Assembly (NCBI GenBank): GCA_036013185.1 | Contig: DASCQR010000040.1 | Span: 1-35,407, forward strand | DNA length: 35,407 nucleotides | From: Nitrosopumilus sp. | Lineage (GTDB): Archaea; Thermoproteota; Nitrososphaeria; Nitrososphaerales; Nitrosopumilaceae | Direction of reading: 5' to 3' | Shown: piece after piece, positions 19,191 through 26,166 of the stretch | Position numbering within the stretch: the stretch's first letter is position 1 | Layout: each line of letters opens with the position of its first letter | The notes under the pieces: model-generated | The model's input: only the letters and a program-made list of their open reading frames with translations | Database searches by the model: none | Told to the model about the DNA's origin: nothing | Translations under genes and position numbers: made by a program

Positions 19191-19343
19191 ATGGCAAAAT
19201 ACGATGGTCTATTAGGACAACCAATTCTTGAAGTTGAAGAACCTGATAAAGAAGGTGGTATAACATTTATCATCAAAGATAATAGATTTATGTTTATCAA
19301 AGCAATTGATGGAAAAATTGAAACCGTATCAATTCCAGAATAA
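19191..19343 (+). CDS. 50-aa microprotein, paralog A of tandem pair
   Basis: Not in ORF track. MAKYDGLLGQPILEVEEPDKEGGITFIIKDNRFMFIKAIDGKIETVSIPE; ATATAAG box 22 nt upstream. Confidence 0.82.
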   Translation: MAKYDGLLGQPILEVEEPDKEGGITFIIKDNRFMFIKAIDGKIETVSIPE

Positions 19344-19353
19344 GTGATCAGAA

Positions 19354-19500
19354 ATGGAAAAGTTTGATAGAATAAAAATGTTGGAATTGGTAAAAGTAGA
19401 AGATCCAGACGCAGAAGGTGGATTAACTTTGCATTTTCAAGAAAATATAATATTGAAAATCAAAAATGTTGATGGAAAATTAGTTTCAGAATTTGCATAA
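19354..19500 (+). CDS. 48-aa microprotein, paralog B of tandem pair
   Basis: Not in ORF track. MEKFDRIKMLELVKVEDPDAEGGLTLHFQENIILKIKNVDGKLVSEFA; SD-like AAGTGAT upstream; aligns to paralog A without gaps. Confidence 0.82.
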   Translation: MEKFDRIKMLELVKVEDPDAEGGLTLHFQENIILKIKNVDGKLVSEFA

Positions 19501-19501
19501 A

Positions 19502-19996
19502 CTAATTTCTTACATATTTTTCATAATAACTTATTGCTAATTCTTGTACATCAGATTGGATAGAACCTGGTCTTTCTTTTCGAATTTTTTCAATTGCTTG
19601 ACTAGTTGAATATTTTTCATATTTTATAAAATAACATGCAAGAATTGTTCCAGCTCTTCCTAATCCAGCAGCACAATGAACCATTACTGATTGATTGTTT
19701 TGAATTTGATTATGTATAAATTCAACTGCAGAATCTATTTTTTCCATATCAGGGGCATGAAAATCAGCTGTTGGTACATGTAGATAATCAATTTTTTCAG
19801 TCCATTCAACAGGTAAAGCATTTTCAGTCATGGTAACTACAGATTTTACTCCTTGATTTAGTAACCAATCAAATTCATCGAAAGATGTAGGAATTCCAGA
19901 ACCAGCCAATTTTTCTTCAATTAACCAAGAAAAATTAGTAGGTTTTTTTGTAATTTTACCATGAACCTTTCTCCAAACATTACCAGGTTTACTCAT
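19502..19996 (-). CDS. Dual-specificity protein phosphatase
   Basis: VHCAAGLGRAG (CX5R), general-acid loop ADFHAP, R..RPGSIQ...Q. Confidence 0.92.
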   Translation of the reverse strand: MSKPGNVWRKVHGKITKKPTNFSWLIEEKLAGSGIPTSFDEFDWLLNQGVKSVVTMTENALPVEWTEKIDYLHVPTADFHAPDMEKIDSAVEFIHNQIQNNQSVMVHCAAGLGRAGTILACYFIKYEKYSTSQAIEKIRKERPGSIQSDVQELAISYYEKYVRN

Positions 19997-20144
19997 ATTA
20001 TCATTTGATTAAATTTACTATGTTTTTAGCATTACGAAAAAGTTTGAAAATAATTTAATGAAATTAAAATTATTAAAAATATAATTTGGTTATTTTTCTT
20101 AAGAAATGATTAAAAGTTAAATACTGTTTTAACAAAAATAAATC

Positions 20145-20402
20145 GTGCCTACTGCTTATGTGTTATTAAATTCAGATTTAGGTACAGACGTATCAATAAT
20201 TACTGAAATAAAACAAATTCTCTCAGATGAAAATATAACATTTGAAGTCAGAGGCGTTTATGGAGTATATGACATTGTTTTAAAAATTTCATCTGATGAT
20301 GCAGAAAAATTACGGGCAGTAATTACTAATAAAATTAGAAAAATTAGTAAAGTTCAATCAACACTTACCATGATGGTAATTGAAGAACAAGAAAATCTAT
20401 AA
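20145..20402 (+). CDS. Stand-alone Lrp/AsnC ligand-binding (RAM) domain protein
   Basis: AYVLLN, GVYGVYDIV and IRKI..V.STLT; no N-terminal HTH. Confidence 0.88.
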   Translation: MPTAYVLLNSDLGTDVSIITEIKQILSDENITFEVRGVYGVYDIVLKISSDDAEKLRAVITNKIRKISKVQSTLTMMVIEEQENL

Positions 20403-21548
20403 TTTCTTAATTTCATCAATTACTTTAATCATATCTAATTCGGTATTAAAAAAATGTGGAGATACACGAATAATTTTTTGTTCCATTATTTCCCGTACAG
20501 CCAAAACGATGTTTTGTTTTTCAAGTTTATCAACAATTTTTTGAGGATCTAAACCTTTTACATTAAATGATACAATACTAGTTCGTTTGTTTGGATCATC
20601 AGGACCGTATAAAATAATATTAGGTATTTTTTCCAATTCCTCTCTAAAAAGATTAGATAGATATTGATTTTTTTTACGAATATTTTCCATGCCAAAATTT
20701 AACAAGTATTTTACAGAAGATTCTAATCCAACAATTCCAACATAATTTCTAAAACCAGTTTGAAATTTATCTGGTAAATCTTTGAAAATTAAATCATTAT
20801 CATTTTTGATAATTGCAGATTCGCCACCAATTGTTTTAGGTTCTAATAGCTCACTTGATTCTTTGTTGCAATAAAATAAACCAGTCCCCATTGGTCCACA
20901 TAACCATTTTGAACCATTAAAAGACATAAAATTACATTTCAGTTTAGAAACATCGTATGTACCAACACAACCGATTGTTTGTGCACTATCAATAAAAAGT
21001 GGAATTTTATTGTTAAGAATTTTAGAAATTTCTTCAATTGGCAATATAGAGCCAGTATTATACAATGCATGACTTAAAACAATTAATTTTGTATTATTGT
21101 TTATATTAGATTTTAAATCATCTAATTTGAAAAATCCATTAGAATCTATTGGAAGATTTTTAACTGAAATTTTGTTTTTTAATTTAATCCAAGGGTAAAA
21201 ATTTGAATGATGCTCATGAGTCATTCCACGAATTATAATATTTGATGAATTGTTAAATGAAAGTCCATTTGCAACAATATTAATTCCGTCAGTAGTACTT
21301 TGAGTTAGAATTACTTCTTCAGGTTTACAGCAAATTATTTTTGCAATAATTTTCCTAATATTATCCAATTTTTCTGCTACAAATAATTCTGAATCTTTTG
21401 AATCTGGGCCTAAGGAGTTATATGAAATTAAAAATTCTTTCATTGCATCAATACTTTGAAATGGCATTAAAGAAACTGATGCATTATTCAGATAGATTTT
21501 GTCTGATATAGGAAAATCATCAGAAATATCTTTTGATATCAAATTCAT
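20397..21548 (-). CDS. Class V PLP enzyme, cysteine desulfurase/cystine lyase-like
   Basis: YLNNAS, EHHSN, DSAQ and GSKWLCGP.G motifs; C-terminal IRVSPHFFN. Confidence 0.85.
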   Translation of the reverse strand: MNLISKDISDDFPISDKIYLNNASVSLMPFQSIDAMKEFLISYNSLGPDSKDSELFVAEKLDNIRKIIAKIICCKPEEVILTQSTTDGINIVANGLSFNNSSNIIIRGMTHEHHSNFYPWIKLKNKISVKNLPIDSNGFFKLDDLKSNINNNTKLIVLSHALYNTGSILPIEEISKILNNKIPLFIDSAQTIGCVGTYDVSKLKCNFMSFNGSKWLCGPMGTGLFYCNKESSELLEPKTIGGESAIIKNDNDLIFKDLPDKFQTGFRNYVGIVGLESSVKYLLNFGMENIRKKNQYLSNLFREELEKIPNIILYGPDDPNKRTSIVSFNVKGLDPQKIVDKLEKQNIVLAVREIMEQKIIRVSPHFFNTELDMIKVIDEIKKL

Positions 21549-21574
21549 TATTATATCTGTAAAATCTTACTTTT

Positions 21575-22162
21575 GTGTTGGATAAAAATCCTGAGATGAT
21601 TTTAGGTAGAAATATAGAATTAATTAAAAATAAATTTAAAAAAAATGTTCCTAGTTTGATTTTAACTTCAAATTCTTTTCAGAAAACAGAATTTTTAAAT
21701 AAATTAATTTTTTCTGTAAAAAACCCAATTGTTTTTGTAGATATTGATTTAATGTATTCAGGATATATTAAATCAAAAATGATTCAAAAAAAAGAGAATT
21801 TGGTGATTTTCCAACCAAATAAACTTAATTGGATTGAGCAATTAACAGAAGTTATTTCTAAAATTTCAAAAAAAGAATTTTTTATCATAATTGATTCGTT
21901 TAATGGAATTTATAATTTATTTGATAATTTAGAATCTGCTAGATTTGTTAATTCCTGTATTATGTTATTATCATCACTAGGAAAACAAAGTGATTGTACA
22001 GTTGTAATAACTGGAATAGCTAAAATTAACGATAATCAAAAATGGGTTTTATCGCCTGGAGGAAAGCACATAATTAAATTACCTAAAAAAGATATTTATC
22101 AACTCAAAAAAATTGAAAACGAACTATTGATTAGAATTTTAGACAAGGATCAAATAAAATAA
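21575..22162 (+). CDS. Degenerate RecA/RadB-like P-loop fold protein
   Basis: SFQKT Walker A remnant, FVDID and IIIDSFN Walker B; start uncertain. Confidence 0.55.
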   Translation: MLDKNPEMILGRNIELIKNKFKKNVPSLILTSNSFQKTEFLNKLIFSVKNPIVFVDIDLMYSGYIKSKMIQKKENLVIFQPNKLNWIEQLTEVISKISKKEFFIIIDSFNGIYNLFDNLESARFVNSCIMLLSSLGKQSDCTVVITGIAKINDNQKWVLSPGGKHIIKLPKKDIYQLKKIENELLIRILDKDQIK

Positions 22163-22182
22163 AATTTGAAAGCGATCTTAAA

Positions 22183-22218
22183 TCAAACGCCGTTATAAAA
22201 TTTCAAACACTGTTATAA
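22183..22218. repeat. Two 16-bp direct repeats, 20-bp period, upstream of ferredoxin
   Basis: TCAAACgCcGTTATAA at 22183 and TCAAACaCtGTTATAA at 22203 (14/16 identical). Confidence 0.75.
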
Positions 22219-22239
22219 TTCATAATTTTTAGATAAATG

Positions 22240-22246
22240 TTATAAG
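22240..22246 (+). promoter_or_regulatory. TATA box of ferredoxin gene
   Basis: TTATAAG preceded by a purine-rich BRE-like stretch, 25 nt before the ATG (leaderless geometry). Confidence 0.6.
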
Positions 22247-22271
22247 TACCGGATCACGAATTTAATTCATA

Positions 22272-22577
22272 ATGCCTGTAGCAATACTTCCAGACATCAG
22301 TGAACAAATGTGTATCGGATGCGCACTATGTGTAGAAATCTGTACAACACTTGGTCCAGATGTCCTTAGAGTAAAACCGGTCGAAGGTTGGAAGAGAGGT
22401 AAAGCATTTGTATTCTACCCAGAAAGATGTATCACAGATGGTGCATGCATAGGTGTATGCCCAACAAAAGCAATTTTCTGGATGAGACCAATGGACTTTA
22501 CAGTTGGACAACCAGTCCCACTCCATCAAAACTCAGTCTTTGTAAAAGGCTGGGACGACTACATTATGGAAGACTAA
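22272..22577 (+). CDS. 2x[4Fe-4S] ferredoxin
   Basis: CIGCALCVEIC and CITDGACIGVCP (second cluster has Asp for one Cys); C-ending codons (ATC, TAC, TTC, GAC) suggest high expression. Confidence 0.92.
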   Translation: MPVAILPDISEQMCIGCALCVEICTTLGPDVLRVKPVEGWKRGKAFVFYPERCITDGACIGVCPTKAIFWMRPMDFTVGQPVPLHQNSVFVKGWDDYIMED

Positions 22578-22590
22578 TACTTCCGAAAAC

Positions 22591-22611
22591 TCTTTTTATT
22601 CTTTTTATTTT
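22591..22611 (+). terminator. Oligo-T terminator after ferredoxin
   Basis: TCTTTTTATTCTTTTTATTTT 13 nt after the stop codon. Confidence 0.55.
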
Positions 22612-22642
22612 GAATTCATGTATTTCATATATGATTTAAAAA

Positions 22643-23797
22643 TTAATTTTTAGAAAATTTCAATTTTGATTTCCAGTCAGATTTAGGTTTCTTAGTTGGT
22701 TTTCTAGATAAATTATCTAACATTTCATATGTAATAGTGAATCCATTTCCAACCATAGTAGCATCTTTATCATAATTTTCTTTATTTGTAACAAATTCAT
22801 CAGATAAATCCTTGATTTTTTTAGTTTTAAGATCAAATAATCTAATTTTTTTTCCATTTTCTAATTCAATAATTGTATCACCACTCAATCCTTGAATTGA
22901 AAAATTTTCAAAAAATCTGATTATTCCACCAATTTTCAATTTAATTAAAGAGTTGTAGGTTAATTTTGATCCATAAAATAAAATTTCCCGTGCAGATAAA
23001 ATTGAATCTTCTTCTACATTTAAAACAATTATCGTGTCTGCATCAAGAGAAACAGTATTTGAAATATTTTCAGCAATAATTTTTCCATTTGGAGCTGAAA
23101 TTTTAGTTCTGTTTTCTTGAATTTGAAAAATACCAACTCTACCTTCTTTATCTTCAACTCTGTATTTTTTACCATAAATATTACCTACAACAGCATTTCC
23201 ATTATCTACAATTATTGTTGCACCATTTTCAATTTTGTATTTATTTTCTAATGGATTAATGAATTTAAAATCGCCTTTTGTTAAATGAATATTAGTTTTA
23301 AACTCCTGAGTCCATGATGGACTTGTAATACTTCCTTGCATGATAATAGGTCCATCATACATTAAACTTCCAGCCATAAAATTACCTTTAATGGATAATG
23401 TACCGGTAGCTTTTCTTTCTAATTCAATTTCACCTAATGTTTTTGAACCAAATAATCTAGTTGCAGTAGTATTTGATTGATTTAGCGCATAAACCCATTC
23501 TTCAGCAGTCTTCATTTCTTTAGATAATTCTTGACCTAAAATCTGATTTTTTCTTCTAACATCTTCTTCACTTTCATCAGAATAAACTTTAGAATTTTTA
23601 ATTTTTTCAATATCTGTATCAGGATATTTTTTTCCAATTTTTAGATCGTCATATGCTTGTTTAATTTTAATAAATTGTTCATTTTCTCCACCTCGATCGG
23701 AATGAAATTGTAAAGCTAACCTTCTAAATGCATTTCTGATTTCTTTTTCAGGGGTTCCTTCCACAATACCTAAGATATCATAATTTGATTCAACCAT
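22643..23797 (-). CDS. J-domain (DnaJ-like) protein with beta-rich C-terminal region
   Basis: NYDILG...EIRNAFRRLALQFHSDRGG..F..IKQAY..L. Confidence 0.85.
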   Translation of the reverse strand: MVESNYDILGIVEGTPEKEIRNAFRRLALQFHSDRGGENEQFIKIKQAYDDLKIGKKYPDTDIEKIKNSKVYSDESEEDVRRKNQILGQELSKEMKTAEEWVYALNQSNTTATRLFGSKTLGEIELERKATGTLSIKGNFMAGSLMYDGPIIMQGSITSPSWTQEFKTNIHLTKGDFKFINPLENKYKIENGATIIVDNGNAVVGNIYGKKYRVEDKEGRVGIFQIQENRTKISAPNGKIIAENISNTVSLDADTIIVLNVEEDSILSAREILFYGSKLTYNSLIKLKIGGIIRFFENFSIQGLSGDTIIELENGKKIRLFDLKTKKIKDLSDEFVTNKENYDKDATMVGNGFTITYEMLDNLSRKPTKKPKSDWKSKLKFSKN

Positions 23798-23901
23798 TTT
23801 TTTATCAACCTAATTAGGATCAGTACCCATTTCCCTATACTTGTACTTTACATTACAGCATATCAATGATTTGGAAAATTCTGTTAAAAATACTCATAAA
23901 A

Positions 23902-24585
23902 TTAATTTTGTCTTGTTTTTACTAAAGCAGTTATAGCAATAACAATTCCAATAATTCCAAGTCCAATTCCAATATATCCAGAATCCATTTGATTACTAGA
24001 ATTTTCTAGTTCCACTACAGTATTTTCTAGATTTTTGACATTATTTTCTAAAAGAATAATTTGTTCAACAAGTTTTGTGTTGTCATCAATTATTTCATTT
24101 AATGCAAGATCAGCTGATTCAGGAAATTCAATGTAAGATCTTTCTGCAATTGGGGGTGGATGCATTGATAAATTGATTGGAGTGTCAAAAATTTTCCCAA
24201 TTAGATTAGCTTGAAAATATCCTGAAACTGTAGGAGTGATAAATGCATAATATTTTCCTGAAATATCATGATCAGCTACTAATGGTAAAGTAATCGTTTG
24301 TGTTTTGTCATATACAAATTGAATTTTTAATAATTTTTTTAATCCTTCAATCCCATTTTGAAATTCTTGTGAATTTGCACATTCCATAGGTACTGAGATT
24401 TCAGGACAATCTATTAGTGGGCTAACATATAATTCAAGTCCATTTGTTTCACCAGACATTACAGGTTCATTCATCCAACCGATTTCTATTCGATATTCCC
24501 CAACTGCATCAACTGTATGTCCATATGCAATTCCAGCAAAACTTGGAATAAGTAACAATGTAAGAATTAAGAAATGATATTTCAT
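23902..24585 (-). CDS. Secreted, C-terminally anchored protein with predicted His at mature position 1
   Basis: Start moved to ATG 24585 (MKYHFL). Signal peptide ends AYG|H; beta domain, coiled coil, Gly-rich TM helix and basic tail. Confidence 0.75.
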   Translation of the reverse strand: MKYHFLILTLLLIPSFAGIAYGHTVDAVGEYRIEIGWMNEPVMSGETNGLELYVSPLIDCPEISVPMECANSQEFQNGIEGLKKLLKIQFVYDKTQTITLPLVADHDISGKYYAFITPTVSGYFQANLIGKIFDTPINLSMHPPPIAERSYIEFPESADLALNEIIDDNTKLVEQIILLENNVKNLENTVVELENSSNQMDSGYIGIGLGIIGIVIAITALVKTRQN

Positions 24586-24638
24586 AAATAAAAAAGGAAG
24601 TCTAATTTTAAAAATGTTATTTTTAGTATTTGTACCAG

Positions 24639-26084
24639 TTATGCATCTGCATACATTGAGACTTCCCAAGCAGTAGGAGTTTGAGCAAATGCAGTATATT
24701 CTTTATATTTTAATTCAGTATATGTTTCAAGAAAATCAGTTGTAAAAACTTCTTGTAAAAAGTTTGAATCACTACCAAGAGAATCTAATGAACCTTTTAA
24801 TGAAACAGGTAGAGATCCTATATTGTATTCTCTCTTCTTTTCTGGAGAAAGTTTGTAAACATTTTCCTCTATAGGATCACCTGGATCAATTTTATTTTTA
24901 ATTCCATCTAATCCTGCTAAAAGTAATGCAGCTTCTAAAAGGTAAATATTTGCAGTAGGATCAGGTACACGATATTCGATTCTTTTACTTTTTTCTTGAT
25001 TTCTATTATACATTGGAATTCTAATTGCAGTTGATCTATTTGCTAATCCCCAACAAACATTTACTGGTGCTTCAAATCCAGGAACAAGACGTTTGTAAGA
25101 ATTAGTAGTAGGATTAGAAATTGCACATAATGCTGATGCGTGACTTAAAATTCCACCAACATAATATCTACCAGTCTGACTCATTTGTGCAATTTCATCA
25201 TCATGATCATACATTGCATTAGTGCTTTTGTTCCACAAGCTTTGATGTGTATGCATAGCTGATGCATTATCTCCAAAGATTGGTTTTGGCATAAAAGTTG
25301 CTACTTTATTTTTTCTTTTAGCTTTTACTTTAACTAAATTTTTAACTGCTATAACATTATCTGCCATAGAAATCATTTCATCATAAACTAGATTAATTTC
25401 ACATTGTCCAGAAGTAGCTACTTCATGATGTTCAGCTTCAATTCTTATTCCAAAATAATTATACAAATCATCACATACATCTTTTCGAAATCCTTCAAGA
25501 GTGTCTTTTGGTTGTGAAGGATAATATCCTTCTTTGATATCTATTGCAGTACTAACATTTCCTTTGGCCCATGGTGATTCTTTAGATTCAATAGAATAAC
25601 CTGAGCCACCACCAGAATGAGTTGCAGCATAAGGTGAAGGATAAACACTAATTGAATCAAATACAAAAAATTCTATTTCAGGTCCCCAATTAGTATGGGT
25701 AAAACCAAATTCTGCAAGTTTTTCAGTTGCTTTATGTGCAATTCCTCTTGAATCTCTGTTATATCGTGATTCTTTATTTGTACTTCCATCATATAGGTCA
25801 CAAAAAATACGTGCATTTTTTCTATGTCCAGGATCATAATCATTAGGCAAAACTTTGAATGAATTTGGATCTGGGAGTAAAATCATATCAGAATTATTAA
25901 CAGATTTGAATCCAACAATTGAACTAGCATCCAATTTTTCAAGTCCATTTACAAAGCTATTATCATTAATTGCATAACTAGGCATTCCAACATTATGTAA
26001 TTCACCAAAAATATCTACAAACCAAAAATCAATAAAAGAGATATTTTCGTCTTGAATAGTTTGTAAAACTTGTTTGGAATCCAA
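24639..26084 (-). CDS. glnA: Glutamine synthetase type I
   Basis: GPEIEFF, HHEVA..GQCEI, TFMPKP, NSYKRLVPGFEAP, NRS..IRIP and RIEYR.PD motifs. Confidence 0.96.
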   Translation of the reverse strand: MDSKQVLQTIQDENISFIDFWFVDIFGELHNVGMPSYAINDNSFVNGLEKLDASSIVGFKSVNNSDMILLPDPNSFKVLPNDYDPGHRKNARIFCDLYDGSTNKESRYNRDSRGIAHKATEKLAEFGFTHTNWGPEIEFFVFDSISVYPSPYAATHSGGGSGYSIESKESPWAKGNVSTAIDIKEGYYPSQPKDTLEGFRKDVCDDLYNYFGIRIEAEHHEVATSGQCEINLVYDEMISMADNVIAVKNLVKVKAKRKNKVATFMPKPIFGDNASAMHTHQSLWNKSTNAMYDHDDEIAQMSQTGRYYVGGILSHASALCAISNPTTNSYKRLVPGFEAPVNVCWGLANRSTAIRIPMYNRNQEKSKRIEYRVPDPTANIYLLEAALLLAGLDGIKNKIDPGDPIEENVYKLSPEKKREYNIGSLPVSLKGSLDSLGSDSNFLQEVFTTDFLETYTELKYKEYTAFAQTPTAWEVSMYADA

Positions 26085-26088
26085 TTAT

Positions 26089-26115
26089 CATTAGTAAGGG
26101 ATTATTTTACTAATG
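26089..26115. promoter_or_regulatory. Perfect 9-9-9 inverted repeat upstream of glnA
   Basis: CATTAGTAA-gggattatt-TTACTAATG, 4 nt from the glnA start codon. Confidence 0.6.
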
Positions 26116-26166
26116 TTATCTAGTAAGATAGAATTGTCAATAAAGTCAGGTAAAGTTTAGATAAAA

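Noticed and set aside
22424-22462. Asp replacing a Cys in the second ferredoxin cluster (CITDGAC)
   Set aside because: Asp-ligated or 3Fe-4S variants are well known in archaeal ferredoxins.
23810-23812. Pyrrolysine or stop readthrough at the in-frame TAG before the J-domain gene
   Set aside because: No pyl genes are in the window, and the J domain starts cleanly at the downstream ATG with an SD-like motif.
24586-24669. N-terminal extension of the 255-aa ORF
   Set aside because: It overlaps the glnA end and would bury the signal peptide that begins at MKYHFL.
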